A stretch of DNA of 64,000 bases from an uncultured Dictyoglomota bacterium (GCA_964654465.1 CAZZIO010000022.1:52315-116314), one strand, 5' to 3'. Counted from the stretch's first letter, positions 1 through 9,515 are shown. A program made the numbers and translations. Notes: generated by a model not told the origin, from the letters alone.

Positions 1-878
1 TACCAGGAGCAAGGGTGGAATTTAACCCTGAAAAAAGAAATCCTACTGATTTTGCTCTATGGAAATTCTCTCCTAAGGATGTAAAAAGGCAGATGGAATG
101 GGATTCTCCATGGGGAGTAGGTTTTCCTGGATGGCATATTGAATGCTCAGTTATGTCTACAAAATATTTAGGACAACCCTTTGATATCCACTGTGGTGGT
201 GTGGATCATATTCCTATTCATCATACAAATGAAATAGCCCAGTCTGAAGCTGCATATGAAAAGCCGATGGCTAAATATTGGTTGCACGGAGAATTCCTCA
301 TTATGGGAGAAAAGAAAATGGCAAAATCCGAAGGAAATTTTCTTACATTATCAGATCTGGAAGAAAAGAGTTATCATTCATTAGCATATAGATATTTTTG
401 TCTTACCGCTCATTATAGAAGTCCATTAAGATTTACATGGTCAGCTATTGAAGGAGCACAAAGAGCTTTAAATAGACTTTATGAAAATATGAAAAGATAT
501 CCCAAGATAGAAGCTGATTTTGATAAAGAGTATGAAGAAAGATTTCATCAAGCCATAAATGATGATTTAGATATGCCAAAAGCACTTGCCATTTTATGGG
601 AACTTGTGAAAGATGATAAAATAGCACCCGAGGTTAAGAGAGCTACAATTATTCAATTTGATAAAGTATTCGGATTATCCTTAGATAACCCTCCAGAAGT
701 TAAAATTGAAGTACCTGAAGAAATTTGGCAACTTTTAGAAGAAAGAGAAAAAGCGAGAAAGGAAAAAAATTGGGAAAAAGCTGACAAAATTAGGGAAGAA
801 ATAAAACAAAGAGGCTATATAATAGAGGATACACCCCAAGGACCAAGAATCAAAAAAGCTACAATCCTTAATAAATAA
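1..878 (+). CDS. cysS: Cysteine--tRNA ligase, C-terminal part (5' end lies outside the window)
   Basis: Motifs [45 protein letters not shown] (KMSKS variant), HYRSPL and the anticodon-binding helices. The frame is open from base 3 (PGARVEF). Confidence 0.97.
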   Translation, partial: PGARVEFNPEKRNPTDFALWKFSPKDVKRQMEWDSPWGVGFPGWHIECSVMSTKYLGQPFDIHCGGVDHIPIHHTNEIAQSEAAYEKPMAKYWLHGEFLIMGEKKMAKSEGNFLTLSDLEEKSYHSLAYRYFCLTAHYRSPLRFTWSAIEGAQRALNRLYENMKRYPKIEADFDKEYEERFHQAINDDLDMPKALAILWELVKDDKIAPEVKRATIIQFDKVFGLSLDNPPEVKIEVPEEIWQLLEEREKARKEKNWEKADKIREEIKQRGYIIEDTPQGPRIKKATILNK

Positions 879-881
879 TTT

Positions 882-2300
882 TTATTTCTTTTCTTTATCT
901 TTATACATTCTTTCATCAGCAATCTTTATTAATTCATCTAAGGACTTGCTATCTTCAGGGTAAGAGGCTATACCAAAGCTAAACCCTAAACTAATGCCAT
1001 CAATATTTGAAAATCTTTCTTTAAAATCACAAAGGGTTCTCTTCATTATTTTCTCTGCCATTTCTCTTGTTGTATTTATAAGAATAATACAAAACTCATC
1101 TCCTCCAAACCTTATAATTACATCCCCAGATCTAAAATTCTTTTTAAAAAATTCTACTACTTCTTTTAGTATTTGATCCCCTACATCATGACCAAATTTA
1201 TCATTAACATCCTTAAAATTGTCTATATCAACAAAGACAAGAGAAAAATAAATATTTTTATTCACTAATTCTTTGAAAATAACATCTAAATATCTTCTGT
1301 TGTAGGTTTGAGTTAAAACATCCAAATAAGCTATCTCTTTCATAATATTTCTTTCTATTAATAACTTTTCTTCTCTTATCTTGATCTTATCTATCATATT
1401 TTTAAAAGCTCTCATAAAATCGCCAATTTCGTCTTTTCTATGAATATCAAAATCCACATCATAATTTCCTCTTTCTATTTCCCTTGCTATTAGTACTAAC
1501 TTCTCAAAAGGTCTCATTATATAGGAAATTAGAAATTGGGAAATCAAAAGAGATGATATTAATATAAAAAGAGTAAATGATATAAGCATTATTAAAGATG
1601 ATCTATATATTAAATATATAATCTTGCTCTCTTTTTCTATATGAACCAATATGTTTTCACTTAAAGGAATCTCAATATGATAGGATGGATACTCATAATA
1701 ATTTCTTAACTTTTCTTCTCTAACATCTCCTATATTTAAAATCGTTATTTTAGCATCTAAAAAATTCTCCCATTCTCTAATTATCTCTTCATCTATAGGT
1801 TTTGCAAACAACAAATAGGCATCATAAAAATATCTTTTATCATCGCTCATTACTGGACCTACAGCACATAGAAATACCTTTTCTCTATAAGAATAGAAGA
1901 AAACTTCTACCTCTTTTATTTTCTCTTTTAGAAAATCTTTTGGGATATTACGGAATGAAGAAGTGATAATTTCTCCATCTTTTGTAAAAAGAATCACATC
2001 ATATTTAAGGGTTTTCTTAACCCATGGATTAATATTTGCCTCTAAAAACTCCTTGTCTCTTCTCTTAACTCCTTTTTCTCCCAAATCCATCCAATAAATA
2101 TAATCTGATAGATTAACAATTAAAATACTCTTTTCTTTTTCCAATAATTTACTAAATAAGCTTTGAGTATTTCTAACTTCTTTGTTTATATTTTCTCTGA
2201 AAACGTTTTTTACAAGGAGTATACCCCCGAGAATAAAAACAAAGGAAATAAAAATATTAGTAATCACTAAAATCAAAGTTATTTTGGTTCTTAGACTTAT
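882..2300 (-). CDS. Membrane sensor diguanylate cyclase (TM - extracytoplasmic sensor - TM - HAMP - GGDEF)
   Basis: Two hydrophobic segments, a HAMP-like region (RPFEKL..RKDEIG), DVLTQTYNRR, DIDNFKDVNDKFGHDVGD and RSGD..RFGGDEF. The start is either TTG 2276 or ATA 2300, which lies behind an AAGGAGG SD. Confidence 0.9.
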   Translation of the reverse strand: MSLRTKITLILVITNIFISFVFILGGILLVKNVFRENINKEVRNTQSLFSKLLEKEKSILIVNLSDYIYWMDLGEKGVKRRDKEFLEANINPWVKKTLKYDVILFTKDGEIITSSFRNIPKDFLKEKIKEVEVFFYSYREKVFLCAVGPVMSDDKRYFYDAYLLFAKPIDEEIIREWENFLDAKITILNIGDVREEKLRNYYEYPSYHIEIPLSENILVHIEKESKIIYLIYRSSLIMLISFTLFILISSLLISQFLISYIMRPFEKLVLIAREIERGNYDVDFDIHRKDEIGDFMRAFKNMIDKIKIREEKLLIERNIMKEIAYLDVLTQTYNRRYLDVIFKELVNKNIYFSLVFVDIDNFKDVNDKFGHDVGDQILKEVVEFFKKNFRSGDVIIRFGGDEFCIILINTTREMAEKIMKRTLCDFKERFSNIDGISLGFSFGIASYPEDSKSLDELIKIADERMYKDKEKK

Positions 2301-2367
2301 CTTTTCTTGACCTCCTTTTCCATATTGAATAGATTATATCATAAGTTTTTGCTAAAATATTCATGAA

Positions 2368-2456
2368 GGAGAGGTGGCCGAGTGGACGAAGGCGCTCGCC
2401 TCGAAAGCGAGTAGGCTGACAAAGCCTCGTGGGTTCGAATCCCACCCTCTCCGCCA
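2368..2456 (+). tRNA. tRNA-Ser (anticodon CGA) with encoded CCA end
   Basis: Acceptor stem GGAGAGG/CCTCTCC, anticodon arm CTCGC-CT-CGA-AA-GCGAG, long variable arm AGGCT..AGCCT, T-loop GGTTCGAATCC and GCCA end. Confidence 0.97.
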
Positions 2457-2474
2457 TATTTTTTAATTACCATT

Positions 2475-2510
2475 AAAACGATTGCCTAAATAGATCTCTT
2501 ATTGTAAAAT
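2475..2510 (+). promoter_or_regulatory. xylA promoter (TTGCCT-17-TAAAAT) overlapped by LacI-type operator AAAACGATTGC
   Basis: -35 at 2482-2487 and -10 at 2505-2510. The motif at 2475-2485 is the reverse complement of GCAATCGTTTT, also seen at 33666 and nearly at 17406. Confidence 0.65.
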
Positions 2511-2543
2511 ATTTTAAAAACTAATAATAAGGAGGTATAAATT

Positions 2544-3650
2544 ATGCCCTTTGTAGATCATCGTTCTCAAAAGATTAGGAGGAATAAAGAGGAACTTCTT
2601 AAACATCTTCAAACCTTCAAATTAGATCTTAAATTTTCAGTGGGTATCTGGTACTTCACTCCTGGAGGTGGCAGATTCCATGAACCTTACGTAGAACAAA
2701 AAAGTATTCCAGAAAGAATAGAAATGGCTGCTGAAATGGCTAAATATGGAGTGAAGGGAATAGAAGCTCACTATCCTGCAGAAGTCAATGAAGAGAATCT
2801 TCATCTTTATAAAAAACTCGAAAAAGAAGCTGGAATAAGACTTGTTGCTGTTCCTTTAAGCCTTTTTTACGATAAAATATTTGAATTTGGCTCTCTTTCT
2901 AATCCTTATGAAAAATATCGTAAGGTAGCCTATGAAAGATTAGTAAACGGTTTAAAATTGGTAAAAGAAGCTAACGCAGATATTTGTATAATATGGCCTG
3001 GAATTGATGGATATACTTATTCTTATGGACACCTTTACTATCATATGTGGGATACCTTTGAAGAATTAGTAGCCCAAGCTATGGACGAAGTACCAGGAGT
3101 ACAAGTTGCTATTGAACCAAAACCTTATGAACCAGCACCAAACAATATATACAGAACTACTGCTGATGGAATATTAGCTGCGAGAGATATAGAGTCAAGA
3201 CTCAAAAACCCCGAAAATCTCAAACTAATAAATGAAGGACATGCATTAGTAGGCTTAAATCCAGAGGTGGGTCATGTCAGAATGGGATTTGAGGATCTTC
3301 CTTATGCTTATGCCAGAGTTGCAAGAGAAGGTAGACTATTCCACACTCACTGGAACAGCCAACCTCTCGGAAACTATGACCAAGACCTAAATGTGGGAGT
3401 AGTTGACTGGGATTCTACAGAAGCATTACTTTATACACTAAAGATGATAGGTTATCAAGGATATTTTGGAATTGATATAAATCCTGAAAGAATGTCTGTA
3501 CAAAAAGCAATAGAAATCAATACAAAAGTCCTCAACATTATGAATGAGAGAATTGAAAGACTACCTCACGAAAGAATCATTGAGTGCTATTTTGATCCAG
3601 AAAATCACAGAGGAGAATTAGAGTTAATCTTAGCAGAAAACCACAAATAA
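2544..3650 (+). CDS. xylA: Xylose isomerase (short, class I-like TIM barrel)
   Basis: Metal and catalytic motifs FSVGIW, EAH, WPGIDG, IEPKPYEP, NPEVGH, YDQD and GIDINP. SD AAGGAGG. Confidence 0.8.
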   Translation: MPFVDHRSQKIRRNKEELLKHLQTFKLDLKFSVGIWYFTPGGGRFHEPYVEQKSIPERIEMAAEMAKYGVKGIEAHYPAEVNEENLHLYKKLEKEAGIRLVAVPLSLFYDKIFEFGSLSNPYEKYRKVAYERLVNGLKLVKEANADICIIWPGIDGYTYSYGHLYYHMWDTFEELVAQAMDEVPGVQVAIEPKPYEPAPNNIYRTTADGILAARDIESRLKNPENLKLINEGHALVGLNPEVGHVRMGFEDLPYAYARVAREGRLFHTHWNSQPLGNYDQDLNVGVVDWDSTEALLYTLKMIGYQGYFGIDINPERMSVQKAIEINTKVLNIMNERIERLPHERIIECYFDPENHRGELELILAENHK

Positions 3651-3663
3651 GAAGATCTTCATT

Positions 3664-3697
3664 AAGAGGGGGAGAAATATATCTCCCTCTCTTTTTT
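3664..3697 (+). terminator. Rho-independent terminator after xylA
   Basis: AAGAGGGGGAGA...TCTCCCTCTCTT stem followed by a T-run. Confidence 0.75.
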
Positions 3698-3792
3698 AAC
3701 CTTTTTTAACTTATGGTCAAAAAATTATAAAATAACTCATAATTTAAAATTTTTTGGTAAAAAAATCCTCATATCTCAGTTTTTTCCCCTTT

Positions 3793-3840
3793 GAACTATA
3801 TATTGAGTTGTGATATAAATATAACCACAATATTTAGTGG
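3793..3840 (+). promoter_or_regulatory. Tandem NrdR boxes
   Basis: GAACTATATATTGAGT (3793-3808) and CCACAATATTTAGTGG (3825-3840) match the acaCwAtATaTwGtgt consensus. They start 32 bp apart, directly upstream of nrdR-nrdD-nrdG. Confidence 0.85.
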
Positions 3841-3850
3841 GGGTATAGAA

Positions 3851-4303
3851 ATGAGATGTCCATTTTGTAATTATGAAAATACTTCTGTTATTGATACCAG
3901 AGAAATAGAAGATCAAAGAGTAATAAGAAGAAGAAGAGTATGTCCAAGATGTAAGGGAAGATTCACCACCTACGAAAGAATAGAAGAAAAACCTATTATG
4001 GTAATCAAAAAAGATGGTAGAAGAGAACCTTTCGATAGAAATAAGCTTTTAGCAGGTTTACAAAGAGCAGTAGTTAAAAGAAATATTGATAGCGAAAAAT
4101 TAGAAGCTATTATTGATGAAATTATAGGGGATATAAAGAAACAAGGAGTAAGTGAAATTTCCTCAAAGGAAATAGGAAAAATGGTATTAGAAAAATTAAA
4201 AGATTTAGATGCAGTTGCATATGTAAGATTTGCTTCTGTATATCAAGAGTTTAGTTCCTTAGAAGAATTTGCAAAACTTCTTTCTCAGATGAAAAAAGCA
4301 TAA
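3851..4303 (+). CDS. nrdR: Transcriptional repressor NrdR
   Basis: MRCPFC..RRRRVCPRC..RFTTYE zinc ribbon, VIKKDGRREPFD ATP-cone and VAYVRFASVY. The start was moved to ATG 3851. Confidence 0.97.
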   Translation: MRCPFCNYENTSVIDTREIEDQRVIRRRRVCPRCKGRFTTYERIEEKPIMVIKKDGRREPFDRNKLLAGLQRAVVKRNIDSEKLEAIIDEIIGDIKKQGVSEISSKEIGKMVLEKLKDLDAVAYVRFASVYQEFSSLEEFAKLLSQMKKA

Positions 4304-4325
4304 ACTAAGCAAGGAGGTATGAAAA

Positions 4326-6209
4326 ATGATTAGTAATCTGAATGATCTTATAAAAGAATACTTAAACAGAGAAGACTGGAGAGTAAACGAAAATTCAAAT
4401 ATGGGATATTCTCTCCAAGGCTTAAACTATTATCTTTATTCTTCTCTTATAGCAAGATATTGGTTAGAAGAAATCTATCCTCAAGAGATAGCAAGGGCTC
4501 ATCAAAATGGAGATTTTCATATACATGACCTTGGATCTCTTTCAGTATATTGTGTGGGTTGGGATTTAGAAGATCTACTTTTAAAAGGATTTGGAGGGGT
4601 AGAAGGAAAAGTTGCCAGTAAACCAGCCAAACATTTCAGAACCGCTTTAGGACAAATTGTAAATTTCATGTTTACACTACAAGGTGAAGCAGCAGGAGCT
4701 ATTGCCTTTTCAAATTTCGATACACTGCTGGCTCCATTTATAGCTTACGATAATCTTACTTATAAAGAAGTAAAACAAGCTATGCAAGAATTTGTTTTCA
4801 ATCTTAATATTCCTACTCGAACGGGATTTCAAACTCCGTTTACTAATTTAAGTTTTGATTTAGTAGTACCAGATGATTTAAAAGATAAAAAAGTAATAAT
4901 AGGAGGAGAAAGAAAAGAAGCCACATATGGAGAATTTCAAAGAGAAATGGACCTTTTAAATGAAGCTTTTGCAGAAGTAATGATAGAGGGTGACGCAAAT
5001 GGAAGAATCTTTACCTTCCCTATACCAACTTATAGCATAACAAAAGATTTTCCATGGGAAAAGTCAAACTTAACTAAAATTTGGGAAATGACAGCTAAAT
5101 ATGGTACTCCTTACTTCTCAAACTTTGTTAACTCAGAAATGGATCCTTCAGATGTAAGATCTATGTGCTGTAGATTAAGATTAGACAATTCTCTGGTAAG
5201 ACAAAGAGCTTTAAGTTTTTCTTTAAATGTAAATAATAAAAATGTGGATGAGTTGAAACATAGAGGCGGCGGATTATTTGGAGCAAATCCTCTTACAGGA
5301 AGTATTGGTGTGGTAACAATAAATATGCCCAGACTTGGTTATTTATCTAAGAATGAAGAAGAATTTTTTGAAAGACTATATTATCTAATGGATCTTGCAA
5401 AAGAAAGCCTTGAAATAAAAAGGAATGTAATAGAAGATCTCACACATAAAAATTTATATCCTTATTCCAAATATTATCTTTCTGGAGTTTATGAGTTAAC
5501 AGGACAATATTGGGGAAATCATTTTGCCACCATTGGACTTATAGGTATGCATGAGGCATGTGTAAATTTACTTGGAGAAGGTATAGATACATCAGCTGGA
5601 AGGGAATTTGCCATAAAAGTTCTTAAATTTATGAGAGAGAAACTTTTAGAATATCAAAAAGAAACTAATAATCTTTACAACTTAGAAGCTACTCCTGGAG
5701 AAGGTACATCCTACAGATTAGCAAGAATAGATAAGTCAAAATATCCAGACATTTATACCTCGGGAGATAAAGAACCCTTCTATACCAATTCTACTCAACT
5801 TCCTGTTGATTATTCAGCAGATCCTTTTGAAGTGTTGGAACATCAAGATGAGCTCCAAAGTCTCTATACAGGTGGTACTGTATTGCATATATTCTTAGGT
5901 GAAGCATTGGAAGATATAGAAATGGTAAAAGAGGCAGTAAAACTTATCACAAATAACTATAGATTGCCATATTTCACATTAACTCCCACCTTTAGCATAT
6001 GTCCTGAACATGGTTATCTTAGAGGAAATTACGAAAAATGCCCTACTTGTGGAAAAGAAACAGAAATTTATTCAAGAGTAGTAGGATATTACAGACCTGT
6101 TAAAAGTTGGAATAAAGGAAAACAAGAAGAGTTTAAATTAAGAAAAACCTTCACGTTGACATTAAAGGAGAGGAGAAAACATGAAAATCTCAGGTTACCT
6201 GGGATTTAG
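4326..6209 (+). CDS. nrdD: Anaerobic (class III) ribonucleoside-triphosphate reductase
   Basis: HIHDL, VYCVGW, RSMCCRL, EATPGEG, YTNST, C-terminal CPEHG..CPTC and the glycyl-radical loop YSRVVGYYRP. Confidence 0.95.
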   Translation: MISNLNDLIKEYLNREDWRVNENSNMGYSLQGLNYYLYSSLIARYWLEEIYPQEIARAHQNGDFHIHDLGSLSVYCVGWDLEDLLLKGFGGVEGKVASKPAKHFRTALGQIVNFMFTLQGEAAGAIAFSNFDTLLAPFIAYDNLTYKEVKQAMQEFVFNLNIPTRTGFQTPFTNLSFDLVVPDDLKDKKVIIGGERKEATYGEFQREMDLLNEAFAEVMIEGDANGRIFTFPIPTYSITKDFPWEKSNLTKIWEMTAKYGTPYFSNFVNSEMDPSDVRSMCCRLRLDNSLVRQRALSFSLNVNNKNVDELKHRGGGLFGANPLTGSIGVVTINMPRLGYLSKNEEEFFERLYYLMDLAKESLEIKRNVIEDLTHKNLYPYSKYYLSGVYELTGQYWGNHFATIGLIGMHEACVNLLGEGIDTSAGREFAIKVLKFMREKLLEYQKETNNLYNLEATPGEGTSYRLARIDKSKYPDIYTSGDKEPFYTNSTQLPVDYSADPFEVLEHQDELQSLYTGGTVLHIFLGEALEDIEMVKEAVKLITNNYRLPYFTLTPTFSICPEHGYLRGNYEKCPTCGKETEIYSRVVGYYRPVKSWNKGKQEEFKLRKTFTLTLKERRKHENLRLPGI

Positions 6210-6864
6210 TCTCGTAGATTATCCTGGTAAACCAAGCTTTGTTATATTTACTCAGGGTTGTAACTTTCGTTGCCCCTTCTGTCACAATCCTGAGCTTATA
6301 TCTACAAGGAAAAAAGGTATTTATTCTGAAGATTTTATAATAGAGGAAATTGATAGGAGAAAAAAAATAATAAAGGGGATTGTAATAACAGGAGGGGAGC
6401 CTACACTAAATGAGGATCTTCCCTCCTTTTTATTTAAATTAAAAAGAAAAAGATATTCCATAAAATTAGATACAAATGGATCAAATCCTAAAATGCTTAT
6501 AGAACTAATCAAAGGCAAATTAGTTGATTATGTGGCTATGGACTTTAAAACATCACCCTCAAAATATGCTATGGCAATAGGACTTTCAGAAGAATTAGTT
6601 CAAAAATATTTAAATAAGATAAAAGAATCTTTAAGAATATTAAAAGAAAGTAACATTAACTTCGAGATTAGAACCACTGTAGTACCAAACATTGTAGAAA
6701 AAGAAGATATTATAGAGATAAAAAATATTATTGAAGATGTGCCTTACTATTTACAAACCTTCAAACCTGAAAAAACTTTAGATCATAATTACAGAAAACT
6801 ATCTCCTTACTCCAAAGAATATTTAAAGGAGCTCAGTATATTGTCAAAAGGAAATTTAAGATAA
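6181..6864 (+). CDS. nrdG: Anaerobic RNR activating radical SAM protein
   Basis: SLVDYPG, GCNFRCPFCHN, ITGGEPT and KLDTNGS. Overlaps the end of nrdD. Confidence 0.92.
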   Translation: MKISGYLGFSLVDYPGKPSFVIFTQGCNFRCPFCHNPELISTRKKGIYSEDFIIEEIDRRKKIIKGIVITGGEPTLNEDLPSFLFKLKRKRYSIKLDTNGSNPKMLIELIKGKLVDYVAMDFKTSPSKYAMAIGLSEELVQKYLNKIKESLRILKESNINFEIRTTVVPNIVEKEDIIEIKNIIEDVPYYLQTFKPEKTLDHNYRKLSPYSKEYLKELSILSKGNLR

Positions 6865-8037
6865 ATTTTTTAATCTACTATTTTTAATCTCTTTTAGAAT
6901 TAAAAGCCCAAGAATAGAAGAAATTAATCCCTGCAAGAAATTAATCCTATATCCACCCAGATCAATAGTCATTCCAGAAGTAAAATATGCCAAAACCTGT
7001 GCCATAGAAATCATAAGAGTATTAACACCCACAAAACTTCCTGCTTTTCCCTTAGGTATATATTCAAGAACAAGACTATAAGGAATAACCATTAAAGACC
7101 CTAAACTAATGCCATAAATTATAGATGCAATAAAAGCATGAAAAATCCTGTAGGTTTGAGAAAATATAAAACTGCTCAATCCAAAAAGAAATAAAGAAAA
7201 AACAGAAAGTTTTTCTTTAGAATACTTATCAGCAAGGAAACCAGATACAAACGTAGAAATGGCAGTTAAAATTCCAAAAATAGCAAGTACTACCATATAA
7301 TCATTAATAGAAGCTGAAAGAGCATCTTGAAAGAATAAAAGAATAAATGAACTAACCGACGAAACACCATACCAAATTGAAAATTGAAGAAAAAATAATA
7401 AAAACCATAATCTTCCTTTAAAGAATTCTAAATCTAATTTTAGATTTTCTTTTTTACTATCACCTGGTTTTTCAGGTAAAAATAATAGAAAAAATGCAGA
7501 AACTAACGTCCCATATTTAAGGAGTTTAAATACTAAATTAGATGCATGGGCAATTACCACGATGAATATATATAAACCTTGAAAAAATTGAGATGTAAAA
7601 TTTATTATACCTGTTGCACGAGCATATGTATCTTTAGCTATCAGATCAGGAATTAGAGCTTGATAAATGGAAAAACCAGAATAAAAAAACATAAAAGAGA
7701 AAGTTATATAAAGATACAAACTGGATATGTCTTTTACTTTTTCAAGGCCACAAACAGAAAAAAGAAATAAAATTAGAAAAAATATTATTAAAATTTTTCT
7801 TCCTTTAAGAAAATTCCTAAGTTTATCTGATAAATATCCAATTAATGGGGGTACAACTATCCCTATAAAGCTTCCAAGAGAAAGCAAAATACCAATCTCT
7901 GTCTTTGATGAAACAAATTTATTTACAAAAAATACTAATGAAAAACTCCTAAAAGCTTGGAAAAAAGAAAAACTAATACCTCCCAAGCTAATAAGAGCAA
8001 TAATCCTTATAAATAAACCTACATTTATTATTTTCAC
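6856..8037 (-). CDS. MFS transporter
   Basis: About 12 hydrophobic segments, with GYLSDK..GRK and GFLADKY motif-A-like loops. Confidence 0.85.
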   Translation of the reverse strand: MKIINVGLFIRIIALISLGGISFSFFQAFRSFSLVFFVNKFVSSKTEIGILLSLGSFIGIVVPPLIGYLSDKLRNFLKGRKILIIFFLILFLFSVCGLEKVKDISSLYLYITFSFMFFYSGFSIYQALIPDLIAKDTYARATGIINFTSQFFQGLYIFIVVIAHASNLVFKLLKYGTLVSAFFLLFLPEKPGDSKKENLKLDLEFFKGRLWFLLFFLQFSIWYGVSSVSSFILLFFQDALSASINDYMVVLAIFGILTAISTFVSGFLADKYSKEKLSVFSLFLFGLSSFIFSQTYRIFHAFIASIIYGISLGSLMVIPYSLVLEYIPKGKAGSFVGVNTLMISMAQVLAYFTSGMTIDLGGYRINFLQGLISSILGLLILKEIKNSRLKNLS

Positions 8038-8075
8038 AATAATGTAATTTTACCATTTCTTGCTGTTAAAAAAAA

Positions 8076-9485
8076 TTATTTTATATATGTCTCATTTAAT
8101 AAATTAGCAACAGCAAGTTTTACCTGTTGAGAAGAAAATCTCTCAACGTTCTTAAGCACGTTATTAATTACCTCCTCTATTTCTTCCCTAGAAAGTACTT
8201 TAATTGCAAAATCATACACTACCTTAAGAGCTTCTCTTAAAAACGCTCTTAATTCATCTTCTTGCGATTTGGCTACATTTTTATAAAAATAGGGGAAATT
8301 AGGCTTAGCTTCAAAAGTTAGATGAGAGAAAAGATGCTTTACATCTGAAAGACTTTCATATATGAACTTATCCCAATCTTTTTTAAATTCCTCAGCCTTT
8401 CCCTTCTTTTCTAAATTTATAAGTATATCTTGCCAGAAATTAAAGAAATAATTCAAAAAATCAAGTTTTAAATTATCTCCTAAAGGTAGAACTAATTTTT
8501 TATCAATTACTGATTTTACAAGTTGTAATTTTCTTAGTTCACCAAAAGGTAAAATATCAAGCATTTCTCTTAAAACTCTCTTACCATCAAAAGACCAAAG
8601 AACAATATTTTCTTCAATAATTTCACTATGTTTTATAGGTACATACACCTTCTCCATATAAGGTTCTAATTCTTGGCTAAGAAACAAGATTTTTCCCGTA
8701 TCAATAACATTGTTAATCTCAAGCTTTCTATAACTTTCTATAAAATGGAAAACATCCTTTATTACTGAAAAAAATTCAGAATTTGGAATATCCCTAATTA
8801 AAGGAAATATATTAAACCATTCTACTTTTCTATCACGAGTTAGAATTTCAAAAGTAAGTTTATAGGCAGATGGCATTCTATTTAATGTATCTGTCCATTT
8901 TTTACGAAAATCTCTTTCATTTTCCTTTTCAAGAGTATAAATAAAATATCTCCAGAAAGTATAAACCCAAAACAGATTTAAGTTTTCGTCTATTCTTAAA
9001 AGATTTCTATTTTTTCTAAGCTTTTCAATAATTCTTAAAGTCCTTGCTTCACCATAAGGAGAGTTCAAAATAATTTCCTTTGCAGGTCTAAGTCCATCAA
9101 ATAACATTCCTACATACTTTTCTTCTTCATTGAGGTTAGTAATATTAATAAGTAGAAAGATAAGATCACCTAAATATTCAATAAGATCAATATCCTTGGA
9201 CACATCTACAAGTATATGGAGAGGATCTAAACTTAAGTTTGCTTTAGGAGCTTTTTCATCTTGAAAGAAAGTAAAATTTCCTTCTTTCCATAAAGCAAGT
9301 CCTAATATAGCATCATTATCTTCACAGTTATCTGCTTTAATATGCTTAATTCTACCTTCTTCAAAATAGACATCAGTCTTTTTAGTACCATGCGTTAACT
9401 GTAGTCTTCCTGTTTTTCTACTAAAGGATAAAATCTCAAGAACTTCCCATAATGAAACGCTTTTCAAATCTCCATTTAAACTCAT
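8076..9485 (-). CDS. DUF4388 (PatA-N-like) domain protein with an internal repeat
   Basis: The N-terminus MSLNGDLKSVSLWEVLEIL..RKTGRL..VYFEEGRI..LWKEGNFTF is typical of DUF4388. An FDG..(S/L)P(Y/F)GE unit occurs twice. Confidence 0.75.
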   Translation of the reverse strand: MSLNGDLKSVSLWEVLEILSFSRKTGRLQLTHGTKKTDVYFEEGRIKHIKADNCEDNDAILGLALWKEGNFTFFQDEKAPKANLSLDPLHILVDVSKDIDLIEYLGDLIFLLINITNLNEEEKYVGMLFDGLRPAKEIILNSPYGEARTLRIIEKLRKNRNLLRIDENLNLFWVYTFWRYFIYTLEKENERDFRKKWTDTLNRMPSAYKLTFEILTRDRKVEWFNIFPLIRDIPNSEFFSVIKDVFHFIESYRKLEINNVIDTGKILFLSQELEPYMEKVYVPIKHSEIIEENIVLWSFDGKRVLREMLDILPFGELRKLQLVKSVIDKKLVLPLGDNLKLDFLNYFFNFWQDILINLEKKGKAEEFKKDWDKFIYESLSDVKHLFSHLTFEAKPNFPYFYKNVAKSQEDELRAFLREALKVVYDFAIKVLSREEIEEVINNVLKNVERFSSQQVKLAVANLLNETYIK

Positions 9486-9515
9486 ATTCCTCTCCTCTTC
9501 CCTTATTTTTTTAAA

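Noticed and set aside
316-333. KMAKS instead of KMSKS in CysRS
   Set aside because: It is a conservative variant, and all other motifs are intact.
2368-2456. tRNA-Ser as an integration site for an island
   Set aside because: No integrase and no duplicated tRNA 3' end were seen in the window, and composition looks uniform by eye.
2257-2457. 66-aa minus-strand ORF MAERVGFEPTR...
   Set aside because: It is the antisense reading of tRNA-Ser, a well-known spurious ORF pattern.
3791-3850. TTG-started N-terminal extension of NrdR
   Set aside because: The region holds the NrdR boxes and SD, and family members start at MRCP (3851).
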